This document shows, piece by piece, positions 9,864-20,340 of a stretch of 64,000 bases of DNA; position 1 is the first letter of the stretch; every line of letters starts with the position of its first letter. The stretch comes from a bacterium (lineage in GTDB: Bacteria; Patescibacteriota; Microgenomatia; UBA8517). The translations under genes and the position numbers were made by a program. Below the pieces are notes generated by a model. That model was not told the DNA's origin and made no database searches. It worked only from the letters and a program-made list of their open reading frames with translations. The stretch is from contig JAKAJP010000018.1 of assembly GCA_021824915.1 (NCBI GenBank), positions 596 through 64,595 on the forward strand. The letters run 5' to 3'.

Positions 9864-10973
9864 ATGCGGATCCTCATAGACGGTCGGCTTTACGGCTTGG
9901 AAAATGCCGGTCTTGGCAGGTATATTATTAATTTGGTTACGGAGCTTACAAAAATCGATACAGAGAACGATTATGTTCTGCTTCTTAGAAAGAAATACTT
10001 TACGGAGTTAAACTTACCTAAAAATTGGAAAAAAGTTTTGGCGGACTACAGGCATTATAGCTTGTCAGAACAGGTTTGGCTCCCAGTGCTTATAAAGGGG
10101 GAAAACCCTGATCTTACCCATTTTCCCCATTTTAATGTTCCGTTTTTTTTTAATGGCAAATTTATTGTAACCATTCATGACATGCTAATGCATAATTTTG
10201 CCGGCCTTTCGGCAACGACTCTTCCCGCACCTTTCTATTTTTTCAAAAAACTTATATATAAATTCGTTTTCCGAAGGGCGATAATGGCAAGTGCAAAAAT
10301 AATTGTTCCAAGTGGTTCCGTTAAGAAAGATTTGGTTGATTATTACCACATCAATTCAGATAAAGTTGTTGTGACCCATGAAGGTTTTGATGAAAAGATC
10401 GGTAATCAATCCTTTGATTTGCCGACTCCATATTTTGTTTATGCAGGGAATGCTTATCCTCATAAGAACTTAAGCCAACTGATCAAAGCGACCCAGCTTT
10501 TGAACAGGGAAGTTGGCAAAAAGATAGTATTGGCCATAGCATCTGCAAGAAATGTATTTACTGGTAGATTGTCGGTTGAGGTTAGAAAATTAAACGCCGG
10601 TAATGTCGTCAGGCTGTTGGGTTTTGTACCGGATGAGAAGCTTGGCAGTTTATATAAAAATTCCGTTGGATTTGTTTTTCCGTCAGTAAGTGAGGGTTTT
10701 GGACTTCCTGGTCTTGAGGCACTTTCTTCCGGAACTTTGCTCTTAGCTTCTGACACCCCGGTTTTTAAGGAGATTTATAATGGCGCAGCAGATTATTTTA
10801 ATCCTCTGGACGTTTCTTCAATTAAAAGTGCGATGAAGAGTGCGTTGGAAATGGCGGGTATTACGCGTCAGGAGAGGATAAAATCCGGACAAAAATTTGT
10901 CAAAAAATATTCTTGGGCTAAAATGGCCAAAGAAACGCTAAAAATATATGCGCAAAGTGGCCATAGTATATGA
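9864..10973 (+). CDS. Glycosyltransferase family 4
   Basis: MRILIDGR, TIHD, GNAYPHKN, PSVSEGFGLPGLEA. Confidence 0.92.
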   Translation: MRILIDGRLYGLENAGLGRYIINLVTELTKIDTENDYVLLLRKKYFTELNLPKNWKKVLADYRHYSLSEQVWLPVLIKGENPDLTHFPHFNVPFFFNGKFIVTIHDMLMHNFAGLSATTLPAPFYFFKKLIYKFVFRRAIMASAKIIVPSGSVKKDLVDYYHINSDKVVVTHEGFDEKIGNQSFDLPTPYFVYAGNAYPHKNLSQLIKATQLLNREVGKKIVLAIASARNVFTGRLSVEVRKLNAGNVVRLLGFVPDEKLGSLYKNSVGFVFPSVSEGFGLPGLEALSSGTLLLASDTPVFKEIYNGAADYFNPLDVSSIKSAMKSALEMAGITRQERIKSGQKFVKKYSWAKMAKETLKIYAQSGHSI

Positions 10974-12057
10974 TCGTGTAAATAAATGGGGTGGGGCGGA
11001 ACGCGTGCTTCTTGCCCTCCACGAAATTTTTCCGGACGCCCCGCTTTTTACTTCCGTTTATGATGAAAAGAAAGCGCCGTGGGCAAAAGTTTTTAAGAGT
11101 GTAAAAACATCATTTCTTCAAAACATTCCTTTTGCAAAGAGCTGGCATGAAGGATTTGGCTGGGTAATGCCGTTTGTTTTTGAATCCTTTAATTTTGATG
11201 AATATGATTTGGTGATAAGCGTTACCAGCGAGGCTGCAAAAGGAATTAAAACAGGACCGAAAACCTTTCACATAAGTTATATTCTGACCCCTACACGTTA
11301 CCTTTGGAGTCATTATGATTTATATTTCAAAAATTCCATTTTGAAATATATTTCCGGTCCGGTTGTTAATTATTTAAGAGCGTGGGAAAGAATGGCTGCC
11401 AAAAGACCGGATGTTATGGTCGCGATTTCAACCGAAGTAAAAAATCGGATTAAAAAATACTATCGAAGAAATTCTGAAATAATATTTCCGCCTGTTAGTA
11501 AATCCAATACTCTAAACCCTAAATTCAAAATAAACCCGAAAGGTAAACACTATTTGTTGGTATCACGGCTGGACTTTGGATATAAAAAGGTTGATTTGGT
11601 AATTGAAACTTTTAACAGACTTAGGCTTCCTTTGGTCATAGTTGGAACCGGGCGCGAAGAAGTGAAGTTAAAGTGTTTGGCCAAAAGTAACATTAAATTT
11701 GCCGGAAGGGTCTCTGAGGAGAAACTTAAAAAGTATTATCAAAACGCGAAGGCGCTAATTATGCCGCAGGAAGAGGATTTTGGAATAGTTGCGGTTGAGG
11801 CCCAGATGTATGGTGTTCCCGTCATTGCTTATAAAAAGGGTGGGGTAATTGATACGGTGATCCCGGGAAAAACCGGAATATTTTTTGAGGAACAAAAACC
11901 GGAGAGTTTGGCAGACGCCATAAAAAGATTTGAAAAAATGAAATTTAGGAAAAATGACATTATCAAAAATGCAAAAAAGTTTTCGGTAGGTCGTTTTAGG
12001 AAAGAACTTCTGGCATTGATAAATAAGCAGGGTATGAATAAAATATATACACCATGA
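10948..12057 (+). CDS. Glycosyltransferase family 4 (mannosyltransferase-like)
   Basis: GGAERV, TPTRYLW, EEDFGIVAVEAQ. Confidence 0.92.
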   Translation: MRKVAIVYDRVNKWGGAERVLLALHEIFPDAPLFTSVYDEKKAPWAKVFKSVKTSFLQNIPFAKSWHEGFGWVMPFVFESFNFDEYDLVISVTSEAAKGIKTGPKTFHISYILTPTRYLWSHYDLYFKNSILKYISGPVVNYLRAWERMAAKRPDVMVAISTEVKNRIKKYYRRNSEIIFPPVSKSNTLNPKFKINPKGKHYLLVSRLDFGYKKVDLVIETFNRLRLPLVIVGTGREEVKLKCLAKSNIKFAGRVSEEKLKKYYQNAKALIMPQEEDFGIVAVEAQMYGVPVIAYKKGGVIDTVIPGKTGIFFEEQKPESLADAIKRFEKMKFRKNDIIKNAKKFSVGRFRKELLALINKQGMNKIYTP

Positions 12058-13112
12058 TTCCTGTAATCATTTGCGGAGGTTTTGGCACAAAGCTTTGGCC
12101 AATGAGCCGTGAGCATAAACCAAAACATTTTTTACCACTTATTAATGGAAAGTCTCTTTTCAGACTTAACTATGAGGCTTTATTAACCAAGTTTAAGCCG
12201 GAAGAGATTTATGTTTCTACAAATCCTGATCAGCTGATAATGGCCAAGGCCCAAGCTCCTGAAATTCCTGAAGCCAACTACATACTTGAACCGGAAATGC
12301 GAAATCAGGGGCCGGCAACGGGACTCATTGCGGCCTTCCTTTATAAAAGGGGACTTCAGGATGAACCGTTCATGATTATTCAAGCTGATGTTTTAAGAAA
12401 TCCGTCCGATGCTTTTATAAAAATGATGACCGATTGCGACGCCTTGGCCCGCAAAGATAGCAGGTATATAACCGGCGGTTTTAGGCCGGACTATCCGGTC
12501 ATGGGTGTTGATTATTTGGTAAAGGGGGAGCGGGTATCGGGGGAAAATGAAGTCGGAATTTATAAAATCGCCAAATTTATTTGGCGTGGTTCAAAAGAAC
12601 AGACCGAAGAGCTAATTAAAGAGGATACTTCACTAGTTCATGCTAATCATACTTGTATGACTCCCAAGAACTTTTTGGCTCTCTTACAGAAATATAGACC
12701 CGAATGGTATGGACCGCTTATGAATATTGTAAATGGGGCAGATATTGCGTCAGAGTATGTAAAAATGGAGCCGGGGCCGGTTGAAGACGTCACTCAAAAG
12801 GTTTATGAAGCGGGTGAAGCGCTTGTGGTGGAGCTGCCTTTTAAGTGGATGGATTTTGGGACATTTGAATCACTTGATAAATATTTGAAGGAAAATAATC
12901 TGTATTCTGTTTCGGACAACGTTGTTGATCTTAATGGAAAGGACAATTTTATAAAGTTGGACGATCCTAATAAAGTTGTCGCTCTGGTTGGTGTTGATAA
13001 TTTGGTTGTTGTTGATACGGGTGATGCACTTCTGATTTGCCCCAAAAATCAATCCGGTCAGGTTGGTGAAGCGCTAAAGGAAGTCAAGAAAAGAAAATTG
13101 GCTTTGACGTGA
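12054..13112 (+). CDS. manC: Mannose-1-phosphate guanylyltransferase (no isomerase domain)
   Basis: CGGFGTKLWPMSR..PKHF, ILEP..RN..PA, WMDFGTF, VVVDTGDALLIC. Confidence 0.88.
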   Translation: MIPVIICGGFGTKLWPMSREHKPKHFLPLINGKSLFRLNYEALLTKFKPEEIYVSTNPDQLIMAKAQAPEIPEANYILEPEMRNQGPATGLIAAFLYKRGLQDEPFMIIQADVLRNPSDAFIKMMTDCDALARKDSRYITGGFRPDYPVMGVDYLVKGERVSGENEVGIYKIAKFIWRGSKEQTEELIKEDTSLVHANHTCMTPKNFLALLQKYRPEWYGPLMNIVNGADIASEYVKMEPGPVEDVTQKVYEAGEALVVELPFKWMDFGTFESLDKYLKENNLYSVSDNVVDLNGKDNFIKLDDPNKVVALVGVDNLVVVDTGDALLICPKNQSGQVGEALKEVKKRKLALT

Positions 13113-13119
13113 GAGAAAT

Positions 13120-13770
13120 ATGTTGTACGACATAATTAAAAGGACCATGGACATTCTTCTGTCCTTGATTTTAATAATTCTATTTTCCCCGATAATGCTT
13201 GCCGCAATAGTTATTATTGCCATTACTTCCCCCGGGCCGGTACTAGTTGAAAGGACTAATAAAACCGCACAAAGAGTAGGGAAGAAAGGAAAAATCTTTT
13301 ACCACTACAAATTTAGAAGTATGATTCCCAATGCATATCATCTACTAAAAACTGACCCCAAGTTCAAAAGACTTTATGAGGAGTATAAAAAATCGAGTTT
13401 CAAGCTTCATGCAGACCCCAGGGTGACCAAATTCGGCAAATTTATTAGAAAATATTCGATTGATGAGATGCCGCAGCTTTTTAATGTTTTGAAGGGGGAA
13501 ATGAGTTTGGTTGGTCCCCGTCCATATTTTGTTGACGAGCTTAAAGAACAACAGCAAAGATATCCGGGCACGAGTAGGTTTGTAAAAGACACATTAACGG
13601 TGAAACCGGGAATTACAGGATTTTGGCAGGTTTCAGGGCGTAGCACGGTCAATTTTGACAGAAGGATTGAAATGGATGCTTATTATGCAAAAAAGAGATC
13701 GCTAATGCTCGACTTTCTTATTATCCTCAAAACTCCGTTTGTAATGATCAGCGGCAAAGGCGCAGTCTAG
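13120..13770 (+). CDS. Priming undecaprenyl-phosphate sugar transferase (Bac_transf, WbaP/WcaJ C-terminal type)
   Basis: KRTMD, YKFRSM, DPRVT, SIDEMPQLFNVLKGEMSLVGPRP, KPGITGFWQVSGR. Confidence 0.95.
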   Translation: MLYDIIKRTMDILLSLILIILFSPIMLAAIVIIAITSPGPVLVERTNKTAQRVGKKGKIFYHYKFRSMIPNAYHLLKTDPKFKRLYEEYKKSSFKLHADPRVTKFGKFIRKYSIDEMPQLFNVLKGEMSLVGPRPYFVDELKEQQQRYPGTSRFVKDTLTVKPGITGFWQVSGRSTVNFDRRIEMDAYYAKKRSLMLDFLIILKTPFVMISGKGAV

Positions 13771-13779
13771 TATGTTATC

Positions 13780-15852
13780 ATGAATGATATGCCCGATTTG
13801 GTCGTTCCGAAAATTGATCTCGAGAATAATGCGAATACTAGCGTTGAACCGAAAACCGGGGATTCAATTTTATTACCCAATACTCCGGATCAAACCTTGG
13901 TATCAAACGATCCCGCGCCTGAGCCTACAAATGCTCCGCCCGCAAACAAAAATTTTTTAACGCTAAGAGCACCCCTGAAAAACTGGGCAAAAATTTTAAT
14001 AGGTTTTGGAATTTTTATAGTTGTTTTGGTTGTGGCCATAGCAGTTCCCGGTTTTTTTGCATATCAAAAAGCTCTGGCACTGGCGGCTGAGTCTAAAAAA
14101 CTCTCCGAAGTTACAAAATCCAAAGACATTAATCAGGTCAAAGCCGGAATAGATAAAGAAAAGAAAGCGCTAAACGATTTCAAGTCTTCATTTGCACTTT
14201 TGGGCTGGACAAAAATAATCCCATATTTTGGAGGCTACACAAGCGATGTTGATCATGCTGTTAATGCCGCATCCGCAGGTTTAGACGCAAGTCAGATTGC
14301 AATTCAATCCCTTGAGCCATATCTTGATACGCTCGGATTTTTTAGTTCCGGGGGCAGTTCACAAAAAGATGGAACAAAAACAACTCAAGAAAGAATAGAC
14401 TTTATTGTTCAGGCGATTCCGGCCCTTCTTCCTAAAATGGACGAACTTAGCGCAAAAGCAAAAATTGTAAAAACAGAAATTGATCAAATTAACCCCGATA
14501 GATATCCGACCAAGTTTAAGAATTTTCAGGTAAAAGCAAATATTAAAAATGCCCAATTTTTGGTTGATGAGGCAACAACATTTATTACAAACGGCAAGCC
14601 TGTTTTGGAAGCAGCGCCGTACCTCCTTGGTATAGATTCCCCGAGGACTTATATGGTTATTTTCCAAAACGATAAGGAACTACGTCCCACCGGCGGTTTT
14701 ATGACCGGATACGCGATTATGAAAGTTGATAAGGCAAAGTTCCAGCCGGTTGCCAGCAACGATATGTATAATTTGGATGCTCAGTACACACCTTCTATTC
14801 CGGCCCCGGACCCAATTGTTAAATATATAAGAGGTCCATACGTTCTTTCCCAAAAACTCCGTCTAAGGGATATGAACTGGTCGCCTGATTTTGCCCAGAG
14901 CATGAACACCTTTACAACCGCCGCGAGTGAGGCGGGTGTTAATAAAATTGACGGAGTTATTGGTGTTGATACCCAGCTTTTGGTTAATCTTTTAGATGTG
15001 ATTGGCCCATTAGGTGTTCCCGGATACGGAAATTTCAGTACGCAAATTGACCCTCAGTGTAACTGCGCTCAAGTTATTCATGAACTTGAAGCTTACGCCG
15101 ATATTGAAGGGCCAATTGTTTGGGATCCGAATACCGGAAAAATTGTTTATAGTCCTCCGAATGCCGACAACAGAAAAAGGATAATCGGGCCACTAATGAA
15201 TTCAATTTTGGCCAACGCAATGGGTCAGCCGAAGGAAAAGTTGCCGGCGCTTTTTACGGCAGGGTTTAAGTCCTTAATGGAAAAGCATGTTCTTTTTTAT
15301 CTGCTTGATGACAAAACTGAAAAAGCGGTTTCTGACTTTGGTTTGGGAGGAGTTATAAATCAAAACTACTCCGGCGATTATCTTCACATAAATGATGCGA
15401 ATTTGGGGGGAAGAAAATCTAACCTTTATGCAACTGAGGAGGTTATGCAGGATATAAATGTTGCAGCCGACGGAAGTGTAACCAAAACGGTGACAATTAC
15501 CTATAAAAATCCTCAAACACAGGATGGCTGGCTTAATTCGGTATTACCGGATTGGGTAAGAGTTTATGTTCCTAAAGGAAGCACATTAATTGCCGCAGAG
15601 GGCCTTGAAGCAAAGCAAGATCCATATGACGATTTGGGCCACACTGTTTTTGCAGGATATTTCCAGCTTCGTCCGGAAGGAGTTTCCAAAGTAACTCTTA
15701 AGTATAAACTTCCTTTCAAAGTATCAAGAGATTATAAAATGTTAATTCAGAAACAACCCGGAACGGACGGGCCGCTTTATACAATTAATCTTGGCAGGCA
15801 TACGGAAGAGTTCTACTTAAAGAGCGACAAAGAAGTTAGCATAGGGTTATAA
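13780..15852 (+). CDS. DUF4012-like membrane-anchored protein
   Basis: Single TM, coiled region, YMVIFQNDKELRPTGGF, RDMNWSPDF, DGVIGVD, IQKQPG; family typical of polysaccharide loci. Confidence 0.8.
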   Translation: MNDMPDLVVPKIDLENNANTSVEPKTGDSILLPNTPDQTLVSNDPAPEPTNAPPANKNFLTLRAPLKNWAKILIGFGIFIVVLVVAIAVPGFFAYQKALALAAESKKLSEVTKSKDINQVKAGIDKEKKALNDFKSSFALLGWTKIIPYFGGYTSDVDHAVNAASAGLDASQIAIQSLEPYLDTLGFFSSGGSSQKDGTKTTQERIDFIVQAIPALLPKMDELSAKAKIVKTEIDQINPDRYPTKFKNFQVKANIKNAQFLVDEATTFITNGKPVLEAAPYLLGIDSPRTYMVIFQNDKELRPTGGFMTGYAIMKVDKAKFQPVASNDMYNLDAQYTPSIPAPDPIVKYIRGPYVLSQKLRLRDMNWSPDFAQSMNTFTTAASEAGVNKIDGVIGVDTQLLVNLLDVIGPLGVPGYGNFSTQIDPQCNCAQVIHELEAYADIEGPIVWDPNTGKIVYSPPNADNRKRIIGPLMNSILANAMGQPKEKLPALFTAGFKSLMEKHVLFYLLDDKTEKAVSDFGLGGVINQNYSGDYLHINDANLGGRKSNLYATEEVMQDINVAADGSVTKTVTITYKNPQTQDGWLNSVLPDWVRVYVPKGSTLIAAEGLEAKQDPYDDLGHTVFAGYFQLRPEGVSKVTLKYKLPFKVSRDYKMLIQKQPGTDGPLYTINLGRHTEEFYLKSDKEVSIGL

Positions 15853-15859
15853 TTGGCGC

Positions 15860-16405
15860 ATGCATGCGCACTCATATACTTCAGAGGGAATAATTCTTGC
15901 CAGAAAAAATTTTGGAGAAGCGGATAGAATTCTTTGGGTTTATTCAAAATCACATGGTAGAGTTGCACTAATTGCCAAAGGTATCAGGCGCCCCAAAAGC
16001 CGTAAAAGAGGACATTTGGAAATTTTTGCCAAAGTAAATTTCCAAGCTACAAAATCGCATAGCCTAGATTTAATGCTTGAGGCAGAAGTTATTGATGCCT
16101 ATCCGGAAATTAGAAAAAGCTTAAAAAAAGTTTCTCTTGCGTACTACATCTGCGAGGTAATCGGCAAAATTACACACGAACAGGAACCGAATGTTGAACT
16201 TTATGATCTGATTTTGGAAAATTTGGAAAAATTAAAATCTACAAAGAGGTTAAAAGAACTCCGGCTGGAATTTATTCATAACCTCCTAATTTTAACCGGT
16301 TATTGGCCGCATGATAAAAAACTTTCCGATCCGGATACAAAACTTGAGGAAGTCATTGAACGGCAGTTGTATAGCAGTAGGGTTGGCAAAATCATTTCTT
16401 CTTAA
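15860..16405 (+). CDS. recO: DNA repair protein RecO (short form)
   Basis: EGIILARKNFGEADRIL...HGRVALIAKGIRRPKSR OB-fold N-terminus. Confidence 0.92.
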   Translation: MHAHSYTSEGIILARKNFGEADRILWVYSKSHGRVALIAKGIRRPKSRKRGHLEIFAKVNFQATKSHSLDLMLEAEVIDAYPEIRKSLKKVSLAYYICEVIGKITHEQEPNVELYDLILENLEKLKSTKRLKELRLEFIHNLLILTGYWPHDKKLSDPDTKLEEVIERQLYSSRVGKIISS

Positions 16406-16408
16406 ATT

Positions 16409-16954
16409 TTAATGATTGTTTTGCTTTTGGGTGAAAAGATGTGTTTCATAATTAACTAGAGTTGCCTCCTTTTTATTAAATATTTCTTTGCAAATTAATA
16501 TTGCAACCTTTGTCGCTTTGAGATAGTGATTTTCAAAAGAGACTTTTATATCTAGCTTTTCTTCGTCATACTTTTCTTCGGTAATATGAGACTTTTTAAT
16601 ACCTGAGTCTGACAATATTCTTTTTAATTCTGGTTTGCGGGTATAGAATGCATTCGTATACCACACAGGTATATTCATAATTAAAACTCCACCAAAGTTG
16701 GCAAATTGCACAAACTTTTCATCTGTAGTATCAAAATCGAAGATTACAAACGATCCGTTTGGAAGATTTTTCAGGGCATATTTCAAAAAAGAAAAACTTA
16801 ATTTAGGATTTAGATAATTTTCTTTGTGCCAAACTAGCCAAAGCTTAAATTCATAAATTTTCTGCAATGTTTTGAAAATGGGACCCCAAAAATCAAACTC
16901 AATATTGAAGCTTATTCCCAAAATATCTCTTTTTATTACAAGCGGGTTGAACAT
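16409..16954 (-). CDS. Hypothetical protein
   Basis: 181-aa AT-rich ORF filling the gap; TATTAT 6 nt before ATG. Confidence 0.65.
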   Translation of the reverse strand: MFNPLVIKRDILGISFNIEFDFWGPIFKTLQKIYEFKLWLVWHKENYLNPKLSFSFLKYALKNLPNGSFVIFDFDTTDEKFVQFANFGGVLIMNIPVWYTNAFYTRKPELKRILSDSGIKKSHITEEKYDEEKLDIKVSFENHYLKATKVAILICKEIFNKKEATLVNYETHLFTQKQNNH

Positions 16955-17055
16955 ATGCCCATAATATTCTCAAAACTTAAACTTCGCAAACGACCTTGGC
17001 TATTTTAAGAGTAAAATAGTAGTTCAGCCCGAAAAAGTTGTAAAATACAGGCAGA

Positions 17056-20000
17056 ATGTCGCTTATAGATAATAAAAACCAAACACTTCAAGATGCACTT
17101 AAAAACGCGTTGGTGACAGCTGATAGAGTTGATATTGCAGTCGGTTTCTTTTACTTCTCCGGTTTTGAAGCTTTGGCAAAAGAACTCAAAGACAAAAAAG
17201 TCCGTATATTGGTTGGCTTAGAAGTTGACCCCAAACTTATATCCGAAATCTCCCAAAAGGCGAAGGGTGGAGACGTTGATCTTTCCAAATATCAAACCAG
17301 AGACTCCATCAATTCCCGAACGGTTAAAAAATTAAACTACATAGACGCCTTTGTGGGCTTCATGAACGATAGTGATGTTTTCGATTCAAACAAAGCCAAC
17401 GAACTTTACGAGCTTTATATGCAAAAGATTAAAGATGGCTCTTTAGAAATTAGAAAGACGATAGACGATTATCATGGCAAATTTTACTTAACATTTAACA
17501 AAAAAGGGGTTGATCAAAATGGTGATTTGCCGGGTACGGCCTTTTTTGGCTCAAGTAATTTATCTTACAGAGGACTAAATGGACAAGGTGAATTGAATCG
17601 CTCAAGCCATGAGAAAAGTGAATTTACTGAATTGGTCGGTGAATTTGAAGAAATGTGGAGTGATTCAAAATCAATCTCAATAGCAGATACTAACACCCGA
17701 GACGAGTTTATTGAATCAATCAAACCCCGTGTTTGGAAATATAGCACACCGCTTCCGTACCAAATTTATATTAGAGTTTTACAGGAATTATTCCAGCAAA
17801 AGGAGATAGAGTCCTTAAAAACGCCTAGCACCATTACAAAAGGACTTTATATTGACCTTGAATACCAAGTCGATGCAATAAAAATGGTAATAGATAAACT
17901 CAATAAATACGATGGTGCAATTCTTGCGGATGTTGTAGGACTAGGTAAAAGTATCATTGCCTTAGCTGTCGCCAGAAACATGGATATTAAAACTGTCATC
18001 ATCGCTCCACCCCATCTAATGTCCCAATGGGAAGAATATAAAGAGCAATTTGGTATTAGAGGCTCAAAAGTTTATAGCTCTGGAAAAATACAAGAAGTTT
18101 ATGATAGATATCACGAATCAAACGAGCCAATGTTGTTTGTGCTCGACGAAGCTCATAGATTTAGAAATGAGGATACCAATGATTACAAGCTACTCCATCA
18201 GGTTTGTCGTAGTAACCCTGAAAATAAAATTCTTCTTCTAACAGCAACGCCGTTTAACAATGATCCAAAGGACGTATTTGCATTGATAAAACTTTTCCAA
18301 ACACCCGGGCAATCTACGATTCGCTCGGTTGACAATTTGAGTCTTCGTTATCGCGATCTTATTCAGCGATATAAAAAACTGCGAAGGGATATGACTAAAG
18401 GTGTGGATCAAGAATTAGTTGATAAGGAGGCCTCTGAAATAGCCGCCGAACAAAGAAGACTCATCGAAACAATTATTATCAGGCGATCGCGTCTCGATTT
18501 GGATTACATAACACGTTACCGGGAAGATTTACATCGCCAGAATATTTCGTTTGCTGAAATTAGAGGACCTGAACCCCTTGAATACGATCTCGGTGAATTA
18601 CTTGAACCTTATACGAAAACTTTAGACTTAATTATTAAACCAGACAACGAAGGGTTTATCGGGGCCAGATATAAGCCGACCTCTGAAGTCTACATGGATG
18701 ATCAAAATCGCAAAAAGTTTATCGATAAGTACAAAAGCGAGTTTGATGACATTGAAGATCTTCGAACAGCACAATCTAACTTAGCAAAATTCATGCGACG
18801 ACTTTTAGTTATGCGTTTTGAAAGTTCAAAAGATGCCTTTAGATCAACTCTCGATAAGATGATCGAGTCCAACAAATTAATTGAACACTGGTGGGATACT
18901 TTAGGATCTGTACCAATTATGAAAAAGGGGCAGCTACCAGACCCAGAAGATTACCAAAGTGAGGACGGCGAAGTAGATTCACTTTCAGATGAACTTGAGT
19001 TATTACGAAATAAAAAGGGATTACTTGAGATCAGCAAGGATATGCTTGATTCAAAGTTTATCGACGATGTACGACACGATACTAAACTTCTTCAAACAAT
19101 TAGGGATGACTGGTATTCAAACAAGAAATATGTGGAGCTTGATCCAAAACTAGATAATGTAATTCAAAAAATTCGTGATCTTTTGACTGAAAACCCAGAC
19201 AGAAAAATAGTTATATTTTCAGGTTACAAAGACACTGTAGATTATTTGTATAAGGAGATTTTGAAACGTGGCTTGGATAGAGTCGCAAAGTATACAGCTT
19301 CTGAAGGGACAGATGCCTATAAAAAAGTTATTCGCCAAAATTTTGATGCATCGCTTCCAGTAACTCAACAACAAAATGATTTTGATGTCTTGGTAGCAAC
19401 AGATGCTCTTAGCGAAGGTTTCAATCTACATAGGGCTGGAATTATTATCAATTACGACATCCCATATAATCCAACAAGAGTAATTCAAAGAGTTGGACGT
19501 ATTAATCGTATCAACAAAAAAGTCTTTGACTTTCTATATATTTATAACTGCTTCCCCACAGTAATCGGTGAAGAAGAGACCCGGGTAAAATTGATATCGA
19601 CCTTGAAAATGAAACTAATAAATGCAGTTGTTGGTAGTGATACAAAAACCCTTACCAAAGATGAAGAACTTGTTAGTTTCTTTAAAGATGAGTTTGATCG
19701 AGCAAGACGAGAAGATGAAAAACTTTCTTGGGATACAAAACATAGAGAGAATTACGAAAAATCTCTAAAAGACAAAGAACTTACGCAAAAGGTTTTGGAA
19801 CTTCCTAGAAGGAGCCGTATTAAAAGAAAGGGTCAGAAGAACTTGGGGACAATTGTTTTTGGTAAAAAAGGTCAAAACACAATTTTTACATACGGTTTAA
19901 TACCCGATGAAATAAAAGTTACGTCTGCAGAAGAATCGTTGCCCATCTTTGAATCAGAGCCTGACGAAATTGGTGATGTAGTGGATAAGAATTTTACCGA

Positions 20001-20340
20001 CGTATTTAACTTAGCTAAAGAAAAATTATTCGCAAAGCATGAGCTACCACAAATAAAAGGTAGAAGAGCAACGGCGATAAATTTATTGAAAGTAATTGCT
20101 GAAAAACTACCTACTGCTAGGAACTATTGTGAGGATATAATCTCCATTATTAAAACCCTAGATGATATTAGCGATGGATCTCTGAAGGATATTTCTCAGC
20201 TTGATGCGAATAAAATTGAAGATTCTTACAAAAAACTTCTGTCAATAATTCCCGAGGTATTTGTGAGAAACATACTAAACCGATCTCAACACACCGAATC
20301 TGCAGAAGAATTAATACTATTTGCCGAGCAATTAACATGA
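17056..20340 (+). CDS. Phospholipase-D-family nuclease domain fused to SNF2-type SF2 helicase
   Basis: DIAVGFFYFSGF, HGKFY...GSSNLS (PLD/Nuc); LADVVGLGKS, VLDEAHRF, LLTATP, DALSEGFNL, QRVGRINR. Confidence 0.9.
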   Translation: MSLIDNKNQTLQDALKNALVTADRVDIAVGFFYFSGFEALAKELKDKKVRILVGLEVDPKLISEISQKAKGGDVDLSKYQTRDSINSRTVKKLNYIDAFVGFMNDSDVFDSNKANELYELYMQKIKDGSLEIRKTIDDYHGKFYLTFNKKGVDQNGDLPGTAFFGSSNLSYRGLNGQGELNRSSHEKSEFTELVGEFEEMWSDSKSISIADTNTRDEFIESIKPRVWKYSTPLPYQIYIRVLQELFQQKEIESLKTPSTITKGLYIDLEYQVDAIKMVIDKLNKYDGAILADVVGLGKSIIALAVARNMDIKTVIIAPPHLMSQWEEYKEQFGIRGSKVYSSGKIQEVYDRYHESNEPMLFVLDEAHRFRNEDTNDYKLLHQVCRSNPENKILLLTATPFNNDPKDVFALIKLFQTPGQSTIRSVDNLSLRYRDLIQRYKKLRRDMTKGVDQELVDKEASEIAAEQRRLIETIIIRRSRLDLDYITRYREDLHRQNISFAEIRGPEPLEYDLGELLEPYTKTLDLIIKPDNEGFIGARYKPTSEVYMDDQNRKKFIDKYKSEFDDIEDLRTAQSNLAKFMRRLLVMRFESSKDAFRSTLDKMIESNKLIEHWWDTLGSVPIMKKGQLPDPEDYQSEDGEVDSLSDELELLRNKKGLLEISKDMLDSKFIDDVRHDTKLLQTIRDDWYSNKKYVELDPKLDNVIQKIRDLLTENPDRKIVIFSGYKDTVDYLYKEILKRGLDRVAKYTASEGTDAYKKVIRQNFDASLPVTQQQNDFDVLVATDALSEGFNLHRAGIIINYDIPYNPTRVIQRVGRINRINKKVFDFLYIYNCFPTVIGEEETRVKLISTLKMKLINAVVGSDTKTLTKDEELVSFFKDEFDRARREDEKLSWDTKHRENYEKSLKDKELTQKVLELPRRSRIKRKGQKNLGTIVFGKKGQNTIFTYGLIPDEIKVTSAEESLPIFESEPDEIGDVVDKNFTDVFNLAKEKLFAKHELPQIKGRRATAINLLKVIAEKLPTARNYCEDIISIIKTLDDISDGSLKDISQLDANKIEDSYKKLLSIIPEVFVRNILNRSQHTESAEELILFAEQLT

